DNA of 64,000 nt from Eledone cirrhosa (GCA_964016885.1 CAXHJY010001206.1:1-64000); one strand, 5' to 3'; numbered from the stretch's first letter, positions 12,233 through 26,738 are shown. The notes: generated by a model not told the origin, from the letters alone. A program made the numbers and translations.

Positions 12233-13229
12233 GCTACTACTACCACTACTACCACCACCAACAACAACAACACCACCACTACTACTACGACCACCACCAC
12301 CACCACTACTACTACTACGACGACGACGACCACCACCACCACCACCACCGTGGCAACATTTTGTCTGTTTAGATAGTATAACATAACAAACACAACTGAA
12401 TTGATCATGAAGATAATATTTTTTCCCCCTTAGAATTGTCGTAATTTGAATTAACTAAAATTTCCTTGGCTTATCATATTATATAAATTAGCATTAAATT
12501 TATTATTATTATTATTGAATACATTTTCTCTGTCATTAAAAAAAAATCTTCATCCCAATCATTATACTTTAGTCTAACTATATACTCCAAGGAGTAAACT
12601 CTTCGTGGTAGTTTGACGTGAGCAAACAACTTGGAGAATAACAACAAAAAAAAAACAAAACAACAGCAACAACAATTACAATCACAAAATCGATGTCTAA
12701 ATGTCTATTGACATTAGTGTAAACTGTATCCATTTAATCTTAGACAAATTGTTTTAACGATATTTCCGAACTTTGCCATCATTCATCAGTCAGTTTTAAT
12801 TATTAATGTTGCAGTATTCGTTCTACAATATCTCTGCAGCGGTAATTCCATTGTCAACATATCAGCTTAGTTAGTAGAATATCTAGTAGCTAGAGACTTC
12901 CCATCTCATCTATAATAGATACATACATGTCAAACAATTTCATTGTCAAGACTTGCACTTTTACAATCAACTTTATACAATAATGGCTCCTTTTGTAGAC
13001 ACAGAGGACAGTAGTTTTTTTTTCTTTTTAAAAGAGCATTGTAATGGATTGGATATTTTGTAAAATACTTATTTTATAGTCTCCGCTGGGAAAAGGGGTG
13101 AATGACAGAAATCGTTAGTGCATCAGATATAGTTCAGGTCATGAATTCCCGACCCAATTCATTCCATGGTCAATTTTCCTTGCATCATTTCAGTATTGAT
13201 AAAATAAGTTGATATAAATATGTATTGGG

Positions 13230-13535
13230 CTTCCATCGGTTCTGATGATGAGTGTTACAGTTTTCCAAGCAACAGATCAACCTGCTCGTAAAATTAACAT
13301 GTAAGTGGCTAGGAATTCTACAAACGCGTGTACTCTAAACGTAATTATCGGGCAGATTCAGCGTGACACAGTGTATGAGAATGTAGGCCCATTGAATTAC
13401 ATGTATAACTCATTGTTCCCAGCTATGTGCTCTGGAGTAACGTGACATAAAGTGTCTTGCCCAAGGATATAACTCGCAGCCGGGATTCAAACTCACAATC
13501 TTACGACCATAAGCCGAACACTAATCCACTAGCAA
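13230..13535 (-). mobile_element. tRNA-derived SINE (CORE-like family)
   Basis: aagtgtcttgcccaagg and gggattcaaactc (reverse B box); body shared with 24262. Confidence 0.65.
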
Positions 13536-14005
13536 TAACGTACCTATGGTTATTTAATCGACTTTATTCTCCCCTCAAATGTTGGCGTTGTGCTAAATAA
13601 TAAAGGAAATGAAAGGAGCCAAAGATCAGAAAAGACCAACGAAATGATGCTTCAATTGGTGTTTCCATTGACGATACTTCGTACCTGACGTGACCTCTGA
13701 AAATAAAATAAAAAATCGACCAGGAAATAAAGCATTGTGCTCAAGAACTCAATGTACTGCCCTGTGACGGATTCGAAACCCAGCCCTTATTATCGCAAGC
13801 TCAACACCGCAGTACGTGCTCGCATATTATAGATTACATTTGAAAGGCACAGAAAGAATTATAATCATAATAGCGACCTCAGAATTTGAACACACGTTAT
13901 AAAACATTCGTATAAAAATATTCATATCAGTTAAATTGACGTTCATAGGTATACTATACCAACGAACACACAGGGTGTTTGGCGTATGTGTAAAACTATT
14001 CATAC

Positions 14006-14108
<103 letters not shown>

Positions 14109-14783
14109 CACAGACATATATATATATATATATTTATATATATACTGACGCTCGTCCCCCCTCTCTCTCTCTCTCTCACACATACACATACACACACACA
14201 CACATTTTTATATATATATATATATATATCCACATTCATGTATATATAGAGCCAAAAACAAACAAAAAATGTATATAAGAAACGTATATATATGAGTATG
14301 TGATAGTTTCCAATACTTATGTCAGAAGACATATACAAGCCAAAACTAGTTGATGAGTTAATTCGTCCGAAACATGATTAGATGGTCAACTATTTGTATA
14401 TTTTTCTGCCACCCTTAATTCTTCTTTTACGTATCCAAGAATATTCTATGCTACAATGTTCCAAATATTTATAGAAGACTGCAGGAACAATTCAAATATT
14501 TGCTGATGGCTTCTGCACAAAGTCAGCAAGCAACTTGGTAAATCGAAAGCTAAAAATGGCAGACAACAGTCAACTGTTTCGCTCATCTGCTTCTGGAGGT
14601 AAAAAAAAAATAAGTTTTCAAAAGCAACAATAGGTAAAACCGCAGAAATAACCAAATATCAAAATAGCAGCAACAAAGACATAAAAATGATTGTAGAAAA
14701 TAAAATATAGGGAGAAAAAAAAACGAAAGTAGCAAAATGAAATACACTAAGATGAGAAATATCGGATATTTTCTTTCATATAC

Positions 14784-14889
<106 letters not shown>

Positions 14890-14919
14890 CGTATATGTAT
14901 ATATACGTATATGTATATA

Positions 14920-14974
<55 letters not shown>

Positions 14975-14992
14975 GTATATATAAACACAGGT

Positions 14993-15023
<31 letters not shown>

Positions 15024-15296
15024 TCTCCTCTCCCACTCATTCTCTCTATATATGCAAAGATACATAACTAATATATTTTTTGCATATAAAATAGATCTTT
15101 TGCTTGAAAACATACAAAATTCGATTTGGCACATTTCCTCAGAATATATGTGGATAGATAAATTTAATATATATATACATGTACACGTTTGTTTTTATAT
15201 ATAGATATGCACACATGTATGTGTATAGGTACATGTGGCAGTCATATAAACATATATACATGCAAATAAATATATGGGTATAGGAATCGAAAAAAA

Positions 15297-15373
<77 letters not shown>

Positions 15374-15440
15374 TGTGTATATATATATATGTATGTATAT
15401 GTAAACACACATACATACATACAAACATACATACGTACAA

Positions 15441-15471
<31 letters not shown>

Positions 15472-15499
15472 TATGTATATATATATGTATATAAATATA

Positions 15500-15533
<34 letters not shown>

Positions 15534-15542
15534 CATATATAT

Positions 15543-15608
<66 letters not shown>

Positions 15609-15821
15609 AAATTCATAGCCCAAAAGAAATAGCCTTTTATACATACATACACACACACACAACCAAACAAACACATACACAGAGACTCATGTATATATGC
15701 ATATGTATATACACACACATATGTATATAATATAGAAAAAAACACCTTACAGAATATTTGTTCATTTCTGCATGAATACGTAAAAATATTATTCATAGAT
15801 ATATGCGTAGATATTTGTGCA

Positions 15822-15887
<66 letters not shown>

Positions 15888-15943
15888 TATATTTATGTGT
15901 GTATGTGTGTATATGTGTACGCAAAGATATTAAAAGTGTCTAC

Positions 15944-16030
<87 letters not shown>

Positions 16031-16441
16031 CATACAAGCACACACACACACAGACATATCTATATATATATATAGACACATAAAAAAATGTATGGTTGTA
16101 GCAAAAATGAATATTTTCAAACATAAGAGGATCGTTTAGAAAGATTCAGATATTTTCACGTGAAGTAACTGGTAACATTTCCTTTCTTAGATATGTTATG
16201 TATACACGTTCACTCACGCGTCTGCGCACAAACCATGCATGTACACACACACACGTGCAGACTCACAAACACACGCACACGCACACACATACTCACACAC
16301 ACACACACACGCAAACATACACGAACAAACATACACTCACACAAACACAAACACAACGCATACATGTATGTATAATCCCCCCCCCCTTCCATCTCTCTCC
16401 TCTCTCTTTCCTCCCTCCCTCTCTCTCTATCTGCATATATA

Positions 16442-16480
<39 letters not shown>

Positions 16481-16535
16481 GTGTGTGTGTGTGACTGTGT
16501 TGTATATATATATGTATACATATATATACAACACA

Positions 16536-16587
<52 letters not shown>

Positions 16588-17165
16588 CAGAGAGACAGAG
16601 AGAGAGAGGGGGGGGGGAGAGATGATAAACGGAAAGAGACATATGTCGGAAATATGTCCACCTACGTATGTTCATCCGTAAATACCTACATGCGCTCATA
16701 TTGATACCGTCTTAGTAATTTCCTGTCGTGTTGCAGATAATAAGACATTATAAAGATCAGCTGTTCCACAGTCGACATTATGTGGTTGAGATCATATTTA
16801 TATAACACACAGATATTGTAAGTTTAAGTATGATGTACTGGATGACGTACGGAAAATAAATCTATAAAATAAACATATATATAACTCTAAATTTTCCTTA
16901 CCATATTTCTTATGAAATAATCTACCTAGGAATTTCAATTAATTTTGAAACTAATCAAGAATTTGGAGAGTTAGTAATATAACCAACTTTATTGGTATCA
17001 ACTCGTTGGTTATCTGTTTTTCTTTCTTCTACAAAAACGAAAATTTCAATTAATTCAGAATTTTGTACGGCATTCACTACATTTATGTATGTATGTATGT
17101 ATGTATGTATGTATGTATGTATGTATGTATGTATGTATGTATGTATGTATGTATGTATGTATGTA

Positions 17166-17737
17166 TCCAGTACAACCTGTCTCATGGTCGGGTCGTTGGC
17201 GACTAAACTGGCAACCCCACCAAAGTTTCTTGGTGAGGAGGGTGACTTTGGACATCCTGCAGGACTAAAAACAAAACCTGTCAAAGGGCAAAGGAGCTCT
17301 TAAGTGTCAATGGCCATCCAAAATCACCGGGAGAGATGACCCCTTAGCCTTTGTCAAGGCAGAATTCTAGGAGAAGGAAAACTCTGATATAACACCTGCA
17401 ACCCTGATGGTATCCAATGATGTTGACTTGTTCTTCTTTTTGGTAAATATCATCTTGGTTAAGAGAGTGGGACTGGCTTTGTGCAGTGCCTTTGCTCACT
17501 ATAAAAGCTTCACGGCACAGGCATTGCTTTATATCTGGAGATCTCTCTGCACTTGTCGTCACATGGTACCATGGGCCCAGCAATATGTGTCAATAATTGT
17601 CACAAGTGCAGTGTTTGTACCAGAGTTTTCAAGTCGCTGGCTGGACTAAAAAGTCACACTCGTTCAGCGCATCAGTAGGGGTTCTCCTACATGGATATGA
17701 AGTAGTGGCCGTACTCGAAAACGAGTTGGCAGCCACC
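17166..17737 (+). mobile_element. Non-autonomous RTE-type retroelement, copy 3
   Basis: Near-identical to 5751-6358; embedded in (TATG)n on both sides. Confidence 0.8.
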
Positions 17738-17806
17738 ATGTATGTATGTATGTATGTATGTATGTATGTATGTATGTATGTATGTATGTATGTATGTATG
17801 TATGTA

Positions 17807-17843
<37 letters not shown>

Positions 17844-17872
17844 ATGTATGTATGTATGTATGTATGTATGTA

Positions 17873-18003
17873 TGTAGTGTTTGTACCAGAGTTTTCAAGT
17901 CGCTGGCTGGACTAAAAAGTCACACTCGTTCAGCACATCGGTAGGGGTTCTCCTACATAGATATAAAGTAGTGGCCGTACTCGAAAACGAGTTGGCAGCC
18001 ACC
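17873..18003 (+). mobile_element. Heavily 5'-truncated RTE-type element, copy 4
   Basis: Only the terminal ~130 bp plus the (TATG)n tail remain, as expected for TPRT truncation. Confidence 0.8.
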
Positions 18004-18073
18004 ATGTATGTATGTATGTATGTATGTATGTATGTATGTATGTATGTATGTATGTATGTATGTATGTATGTGT

Positions 18074-18275
18074 GTCAGCTCACTCTCGAGTGCTACTGGT
18101 AACATGAAACCCAGTACAACCTGTCTCAGCATCGGGTCGTCGGCGACTAAACCGGCAACCTCAAGCTAGCTTGGTGAGGAAGGTGATATTTGGACACGCT
18201 ACGGGATGAAAAGTGCACCAAACTCTATAATCTGACAAGCCATTGCAATACTCATAGCAGAGTTTACAGCCATCG
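18074..18275 (+). mobile_element. Related shorter RTE-type non-autonomous element
   Basis: First ~120 bp are homologous to 5751-5875, followed by a different 3' end and a (TAGG)n tract. Confidence 0.7.
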
Positions 18276-18920
18276 TGTATGTAGGTAGGTAGGTAGGTAG
18301 GTAGGTAGGTAGGTAGGTAGGTAGGTAGGTAAGTAGGTAGGTAAGTAGGTATATATGTATGTTTTCTCTTTCTCTTAATTTCGAGTACATAGTTGACCAG
18401 ATGCCTTCCTGGTGGTAAGGCTGTAAAAGAAACGAAATTGTCATCCCTTGAATTGCAAGTCTATGCATGTATGTTCTTGTGTATATATACCTAATTTTGA
18501 ATATTCGTTATTTGCTTCATAAGGATTGACTTTGGGCTATGGCAGTGGAACGAGGAAGTTCCTATGCGGTCATTCAGGCTGCTATAAAGAACAGTAAAAT
18601 TTCCCTCAAATTACGCGCTACCGTCTCGAACAAAAACAAGCATATTGGATAATGGGGGCCTATCAAAATGGTGACTGAATAGATGGCGTATGCGTCTTTG
18701 AAAGACACTTGGCTAAACTCAACGGAGTATTAAGATCAATATCATGTTAACAACGGTTGAATCTTTTTTGTTATAAGGCTGTGAAATATGGACACCCACA
18801 TAGATGTTTGAACATCAGTTAGACGAAATATATTCCTGCATGTTAAAAAGATAGCTCAGCGAAGATTGTGATTGAGAGAGTCACTGTGTGAGATATCCTG
18901 AAGAAGTAGCCTAAAATATA

Positions 18921-19092
18921 CCTTATTTCCCGGCGTCGAAGACGCTACTTTTCTTTCCTAAAATAAGTCTGAAAAATCTACCATGCGCCATGAAGGCCGA
19001 AGGTCATTTATCATTATTTTTTTCAAATTTTTGGTTGTCAAAATCAGGGTGCGTCCTCGAGGATGAAGCGTCTTCGGTGCCAAGAAATACGG
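18921..19092. mobile_element. Tc1/mariner-pogo-type MITE
   Basis: Imperfect 26-bp TIRs ccttatttcccggcgtcgaagacgct / agcgtcttcggtgccaagaaatacgg, with TA on both sides. Confidence 0.75.
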
Positions 19093-19693
19093 TAATTCTA
19101 TGGCAGCCAATGGACGGGTGGATTAACCATGGGAAGCAAACCACTAAAGACACTGGTCCAAAGACGTTATCAAAAATACGAACAGTGATGGTGGTGAAGG
19201 CACCTGGAATAAGGATGTTTCCTTGGTTCGATTGAAAGATAAACTAAGATGAGACAATGGTTAACATTGACTTGCAGCTAAACAATTTCAACCACAATCT
19301 GTACTATCTCTCCAATCATGATTGACACAATTTCTAAAGCCTGAATTGAAGAAGAACAACAGCAATAACAAAAACAACTGCCGTCAAAATATCTTTGGAG
19401 ATTGATAGCCGCAGCTGCCATTTTCTGCTAACTAGAAGTATATCTGTCACCTTATCAACCATATTTTCTTGCACTCATTGATTTAAAGACATTTATGCGA
19501 TGTTTTGGATATGATTTTTTCACACAATCACGCACACACGCGCGCGCGCGCACGCACACACACACACATATACACACACATACAGACACACACATATAAT
19601 AGATATATAAGCATACACAAACACACACATACTCACACATGCACGCATATATACACACATATATATATATCTATATCTATATCTCTCTCTATA

Positions 19694-19732
<39 letters not shown>

Positions 19733-19781
19733 TCATCATCATCATCATCATCATTTTACGTCCGCTCTTCCCTGCTTGCAA

Positions 19782-19830
<49 letters not shown>

Positions 19831-19952
19831 CATATATATACGTTATTCCGAGTTGAGTCGGAGGTAACCACAGTAAGTAAGGTACTCAATACATTGCAGA
19901 GTATAAAAGTTTTAATATAGATGAGATTCTACAGGACTAGAACTGTTTTATT

Positions 19953-20013
<61 letters not shown>

Positions 20014-20848
20014 AGCATATGAATACATTTTCTTATTGTGTCTGCATATTACTAAGTGCGTATGCTTTTGTAACAATTCACACAGTTTTCAACGATCTAT
20101 GCTGAATGTGTACGTGTACGTATGTGTGAGTATGTGAAAGGTGTGTGTAGGAGAGGAGATGTTCTGTTAGTGTATTTCATCAATGTTATTACAAGTTATT
20201 GTTTCTTATGTATAAATGCCTATCGTCACGAGATTATGCGTAGCTGATTAATGAGACTGATGACACTCAATGGGAGGGGGGCCTATTAATGACTGAGACT
20301 CAGCCAGGCAGTGATACAAGCAAATAAGAGTGTTGTGGTGTTGTTGATGGTGGTGGTGGTGGTGGTGGTAGTGGTGGTGATGATGGTGGTACTGATGGTA
20401 AAGTCTTGGAGGTGACAGCGGAGAGAAGTTGATTGTGAAAAATGATGATGGTATAGTGGGAATAGAAAGTGAAAGAATGCATTTATTGAGAAACTGTATA
20501 TATATATACATATATATTTCTGAAGACGGCGTATATATGTGTTAGGTATGTATATTTAATCTTGATAATTTGTATAATTTTGTATAATTTTGTACATAGA
20601 TCTGTTGAATATGCATACCAATTATAACACATATATACCCTAGAAACGATCGTTAAATAATGAATTTTTTTGTTTAATATAAGGAATTGTTTATTCATTA
20701 TTTGTTTAATATTTTATCTTGACTCTGTATACCGTTTGTCTTTCACCGAAAGTGGATTTTCATCGCATCTCTTCTTTCCATGATATCCGGAATACATTGA
20801 GTTCTTCATACGGATTGGACACTACCGTAAACTCTTGGTAGATTTATC

Positions 20849-20914
<66 letters not shown>

Positions 20915-21003
20915 TATATATATACATACACACAGACACACACACATATATATATATAAGTTTGATATAACGAAGTTTCGCTTTAAAATATTTTATTGAA
21001 TAT

Positions 21004-21096
21004 CAAACATTACATATGTTTCACAGATGGTTGGCTCGAGATCCCTATCGAAGTGATAGATTTGACACCAGCATCGATCTGCTCTTCAGACGTGTG
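21004..21096 (-). ncRNA. Type I hammerhead ribozyme motif with long stem II insert
   Basis: cacacgt-CTGAAGA-gcagat...atctgt-GAA-ACATATGT-A-atgtttg: palindromic stem III, imperfect stem I, GUA triplet. Confidence 0.7.
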
Positions 21097-21291
21097 GACT
21101 CAATCAAAACATTTGCATCTCAAAGGCATCCGACAATATATAGGGTTTTGGCTGATGTGTTTAGCAAGTCTTTTCAAGGGTGAACAAACATGTATTGAGT
21201 ACTTCCATGATCTGTGGTCTCCCGGGGTCTCAGCACGGCAGACTCACTTACACACCCACGCACACACACACACACACACACACTCTCTCTC

Positions 21292-21359
<68 letters not shown>

Positions 21360-21428
21360 CACACACACAAACAAACACCTCATCACATATATATTTATAT
21401 CTATAAATCTCTCTCTCTCTATATATAT

Positions 21429-21624
21429 ATAGGAACAAGTATGACACCGACGGCAGAGCTCAAGCCGTTTCGACGGCTATTTCTGGACGTCCAGAAATAA
21501 CCGCCGAAACGGCTGGAGCTCTGCCGTCGGGGTCATACTTGTTCCTATTACCCACTCTACTACGCTAAGTATTGAGTACTTTGGTGCGTTATGGTCCATC
21601 TGGTTTCTTACCACAATTCCTTCG

Positions 21625-21625
<1 letters not shown>
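21429..21625 (+). mobile_element. Fold-back PLE-terminal element (120-bp palindrome plus tail)
   Basis: Near-perfect palindrome 21429-21548 centred on gac|gtc. Carries an HHR 3' half GAA-acggc..gagctc..gccgt-C. Tail cttaccacaattccttcgt runs into (TA)n. Homologue at 43593-43840. Confidence 0.7.
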
Positions 21626-21665
<40 letters not shown>

Positions 21666-21745
21666 CATATATATATATATATATGATATATATATATATA
21701 CACACGCATAAACAAACACCTCACCAGATATTTATCTATATCTAT

Positions 21746-21782
<37 letters not shown>

Positions 21783-22391
21783 TCTCTCTTTCTCTCTATA
21801 TATATATTTATATATATATATATACATACATATACACAGAGAGAGAAAGAGAGAGAGGGGGGAGACGTGAGAGAGAGAGAGAGAGAGAGAGTTGAAAGAG
21901 ACATTTTACTTTACAAAAATACGTTCAATGATTACCAGTATTAGAGATATGTAGACTGTGTTATATATACAAACATAAATCTATGTAATTGTGCAAATAA
22001 AAATGTTTCGGTTGTGTTTTATGTGAATCAACTAACACGTCAGTCTACTGAAAGGCGGAATGTTGTAAATACTTCCAGTTATATGGTAAATACAATTTGA
22101 CATACGATGAATGACATTACACATTTGAATATCGTTCCATTTTTTCGACTCACTGTCAAGAGTGTAGTTTCACACGACACCTTTATGTCGAATAATTGAA
22201 CTCATTTGAACACATTCACACACATACACATCTCTTTCTTTCTTTCTTTCTTTCTTTCTCTCAAACACGTGTATGTGTGTGCGTGTGTGTGCGTGTGCGT
22301 GTATGTGTGTGCGTGAGTGTGTGCGCGTGTGTCTGTGTGTAGGATCAGCAGCAGCAGCAGTAGTAGTAGTAGTAGCAGCAGTAGTAGCAGC

Positions 22392-22428
<37 letters not shown>

Positions 22429-22498
22429 TCACTTTAATGGACTACCCCCCAACCCATAAAAATTTCTAGCTTTGTGTCTATGTTAAAATAATAATTAT

Positions 22499-23130
22499 TA
22501 TTGGATTGGAAGAATCGTTAGAGCATCGGACAAATGCTTAGCAGTATTTGTTCAGGCTCTTTAGGTTCTGAGGTGACATCCCACCTAGTTCAACTTTGCC
22601 TTTCATTCGTCCAAGATCGATCAAGTAACAGTTAAGTACTGGCCTTGTACAGTTGCTGGCCTTGTACTAGAAACAATTATTATCATTCGGTGGATTGGAA
22701 GTATCGGTAGAACATCGGACAACATGCTTTGAGGCATAGAGTTATGTCCCTTTACGATCTGAGTTTAAATCTCCTCGAGGTTAGCTTTGCCTTTCATCCT
22801 TAAGTGTTGGATAAAATAAAGTACCAGTAACGCACTAGGGTCGATTTAATCGATTTCCCCCTCCTCCAAAATTGTTGGCCTTGTGTCTAAATCAAAAATC
22901 ATTACTTTTCGGAATATAAGGGCGGTGGATTGGCAGTATCGGTAGAGGGTCGAACGCCATGCTTTACGGCATAGAGTTACATCCCTTTACGATCTGAGTT
23001 TAAATCTCGCCGAGGTTAGCTTTGCCTTTCATCATTACCAGTTCGATAAAATAATGTACTAGTAACGTATTGAGGTAGATTTAATCGACTGCCCCCAAAA
23101 TTGCTGGCCGTGGGCCTATACTTGAAATCA
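22499..23130 (+). mobile_element. Three tandem tRNA-derived SINE copies
   Basis: Repeated ggattgg(a/c)ag..tcg(g/t)tagag heads and ctttgcctttcat bodies. Confidence 0.8.
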
Positions 23131-24110
23131 TTAATATTCGCGATATATATTTTCTTTCTTTATTTTTTATATTAAATTGTTCTTCCATTTCACGAGCGCA
23201 CTATATATACATAATGTATTCTCTATTTCAATCTTTATCTCACTCATTTGTTATATTTTAATTATCTCATATATTGCTTATATTGTACATTATCTCATAA
23301 ACGTTGCTACCATTTTTTTTCTTCGCTACTTTTCTTTTCTTTCCTTTCTATGCAATACACTCTCTTAATCACAGTACATCTATATGTAATAACACGTCAA
23401 TACCATCTAATTGAACTCGTACTTATAAACGTGTACATCATTATAAATGTTTATTCTTCGCAAATAATAGATTTATTTAACCTATTTAGAAGACAGCCAT
23501 TAATCACCTAAATATTCTAATGAGACTTCTAGTAATATAAGTAATAAAGAAAAATCCGTTTTTAATTATTTATAGTCACCATTCATCTTCAATAATCCTA
23601 TCATATTTGTTCTACTAAATGAACGAAAATGGAAAAAAATGGAACTAAAAAGTTCTTATCACTTATTCAAGATTTTATTCGCTTATTCGTATACAATAAT
23701 TACCCCCCTCCCCATTCCCTCCTCCTTCACTTCCTCCTTGCCTACTAAAAAGGATAATGTAATAAGTTGTAGATGATAGACGTTTTGTTTAAATAATTAT
23801 GCTTATGTAAACACACACATCTCTATATACTCCCATACTTACTTATTACATAATGGTCCATTTTTCCCTTTCAACCTTTCGGAGTCGATAAAGAAAGTAC
23901 CATCCCATTGCTAGTGCAGCCTTCACCTTTTGCGGCTGTCACATCCTGGATGTTAGTTTGGATTAGAGTCGAGAGGGCTCAAGAAGATGTCTGTGTGAAG
24001 TCGCAACTGCATGGCCACCTAAACCCCATAGCGAAAGCATGGTACATATCAATAAGTTATATTCGATTGCGAACGACAGTTCGATTATTTTCTAGTCTTA
24101 CATACTCATA

Positions 24111-24195
<85 letters not shown>

Positions 24196-24261
24196 GCACA
24201 CACACTTAAACACGTACACGGAAATACACTCAATACCAATAAGAGGGTGACTTCAACCAGT

Positions 24262-24570
24262 ACATGCATTGGACCTCCGTAGGTTCCGACGATGAGTGTT
24301 CCATCTGTCTGATCAATGGAACTGCCTGCTCGATAAAGTAACATGCAAGTGTCTGAGCATTCCACAGACACGTGTACCTTTAACGTAGTTCTCAGGGGGA
24401 GTCAGTGTAGCACATATGCGACAAGCTGGTCTTTTGAATTGTAGGTTCAACTCATTTCTTCCAGCTGAGTGAACTGGAACATCGTGAAATAAAGTGTCTT
24501 GGTAGGTAAAGGACAAACTGACATCGCGAACCGATCTAACAATCTTAGGATTGTGAGTAGAACGTACTAC
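24262..24570 (-). mobile_element. tRNA-derived SINE (CORE-like family)
   Basis: cgtgaaataaagtgtcttg (reverse CORE-like segment) and shared body. Confidence 0.7.
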
Positions 24571-24579
24571 ATATCAGAT

Positions 24580-24705
24580 AGGGCGTGGTAAAGACCAGCT
24601 AGACCGTAACCCACCACAGTACTCGATACTTGGGGGAGCAGAGTGGGTAATATGAACAGATTCAGGACGCTGACGGCTGAGCTCCGGCCGTTTCGACAGC
24701 TAGGA
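24580..24705 (-). mobile_element. Degenerate copy of the 21.5/43.7-kb PLE-terminal family
   Basis: gtggtaaagaccag..agtactcgatact..agagtgggtaata..gacggctgagctccggccgtttcgacagct is the reverse complement of the family tail. Confidence 0.65.
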
Positions 24706-25931
24706 GCTAGCTTACTTAAAAGTAAAGAGCTGAACAAATACTGTTAAGCATTTATCCGACGCTCTACCAGCTCTGTCAATCCACCGTGTAATGTTTAAAC
24801 ATGCCAGCGTATATTAGATGTCATTTTATAGGTTATAGAAGAGGTATGACAGATTGTGGTGATGTTGGTGGTGTGAATGGTATTACTGGTATTGGTGGTT
24901 GTAGAATTGCTATGTTGTGGTTATTGTTCTGAATCTGATTGTCGTTGTGGTGGAGTTAGTGCTACCGTTGTTATTGGTGTTGATGTTCGTAGTATTGCTC
25001 TGGTGGTCGTATGGTGCTAGATAGTATAGTCCTTGTGCTAGTGGTGTTGGTGTTGTATTTGTTGTTGGTGGAGTTGTTAATATTAGTGTTAGTAGCACTG
25101 TTAGTGGTGGCTGGAGTTTTGTTATAAGTGGTGCTATGGCGCTGTATGCATATTAGTTGTTATTGTGGTGTTGATTGAGTTAGTATTAATAATCAAGTTA
25201 GTCGTGGTAGTGGCGTTGATAGTGGTGGCGGTGGTGGTGGTGAGGGTGGTGTTGGTGGTGGTGGTGGGAGTCTTGGTCGTGATGGTAGTGTTTGTGTTTG
25301 TGTTAAGGGCGTTGGTTATGTAGAGCTAATAATCGTGATGGTCATGATGGTGACGCTATTGGGAATATTTCTATAGTGGTGTTAATGGCGCAAAATCGTT
25401 ATTGTTATTGTTGTTTTTGAAGTTGATGTTGTTGCTGCTGTAGTTGCTGTGGTGGTGGTGGTGGTGGTGGGGATTGTGAATTTTTTGGTTGCGGTTATTG
25501 TGGTAGGAGTGGTGATATTGATAGGGATAGTGGTAGTGGTGGTATTAACAGTAACAGTAATAGTTGTTAGGCTACTGCTGGTACTTGTGGACATGGTGAT
25601 GATGGTGGAAATATTGTTTTTGTTGTAGCTTAGACCCAGGTTAATTTTGGTGCAGTAGATCAAGTACCAGCCTCTTAATTTATCCTCCATAGTGGTAGCA
25701 GTAAGTCGGGGATTACAGTTTCGGGTTTCATCGGAAAAACTTTATGAAATGCTCATCTTTTAAAATTTCAGTTTAATTCAGATGTAAGTTGTGATGGTGG
25801 CGTTGAAGGTGGGCTTTTTTGATGCGGAACGATATTGGTGATAGTGGTGTTAGTACTTGCAGTAGATAATACTGTGAGGATCGTTTATGGTGGTTATATT
25901 TAATGGTGCTATTGGTGGCAGAATCGTAGAG

Positions 25932-26132
25932 CAGGCATGTCAAACTGAGGGTTCCCCGAGGGCCACATCGGTCACATATGTGTTGTCTGAGGGCCACACA
26001 CGACAACTAATTGCGCACATTACAACTAATTTATTTTATTTTATATTACGAAGATAAAACATGCTCACGCTGTAAAAATCTTTGTGCGGGCCACAGATGT
26101 GCTTGCAAAGGGCCGCATGTTTGACATGCTTA
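25932..26132. mobile_element. hAT (Charlie/Buster-like) MITE
   Basis: TIRs caggcatgtcaaac / gtttgacatgctta; 8-bp TSD tcgtagag / tcatagag. Confidence 0.8.
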
Positions 26133-26434
26133 TCATAGAGCGTCGCATATTTGTTTTGGTTCTTTACGTTCTTTGTTCAAATTCTAGCTAAAGTCAAATA
26201 TGATTTCCATTATTTCAAGATCGATAAAATTAAAGACCAGTCAAGTATTGTTATATAATCGTCTACTCTACTTCACAAACTCGTTACCTTGTATATATAT
26301 TTTAAAAATTAGTGGTCAAGTCAGGACACGACGTTAACAATGAAGTTAATGAGGTCAAGGTTTGTTGTTGAGAGATAGCTAGTTGTTATATGGTGGTATC
26401 GATAGATATGTGTGTGAATACGCGTGTGATTGGG

Positions 26435-26610
26435 TGTGTACATTTACGCGCGATTGGGTATGCGTAAATGTATCTGCTTGTGTGTGTTTATATGTATGCA
26501 TGTGTGTGTGTGTGTGTGTGTGTGCTTGTACATTTGCGTCTGAGTGGGTGTGCGTAAATATGTGTATTTATGCTTGTTTGTATGCATTCATGTGTGTGTT
26601 TATATGTATG

Positions 26611-26654
<44 letters not shown>

Positions 26655-26738
26655 TGTACATTTGCGTCTGAGTGGGTGTGCGTAAATATGTGTATTTATG
26701 CTTGTTTGTATGCATTCATGTGTGTGTTTATATGTATG

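Noticed and set aside
14556-14598. Possible first coding exon [14 protein letters not shown] followed by gtaaaa
   Set aside because: Short, with no promoter or downstream exon support.
16738-16817. Segment with good acceptor and donor sites
   Set aside because: Stops in all three frames; a non-coding exon cannot be supported from sequence alone.
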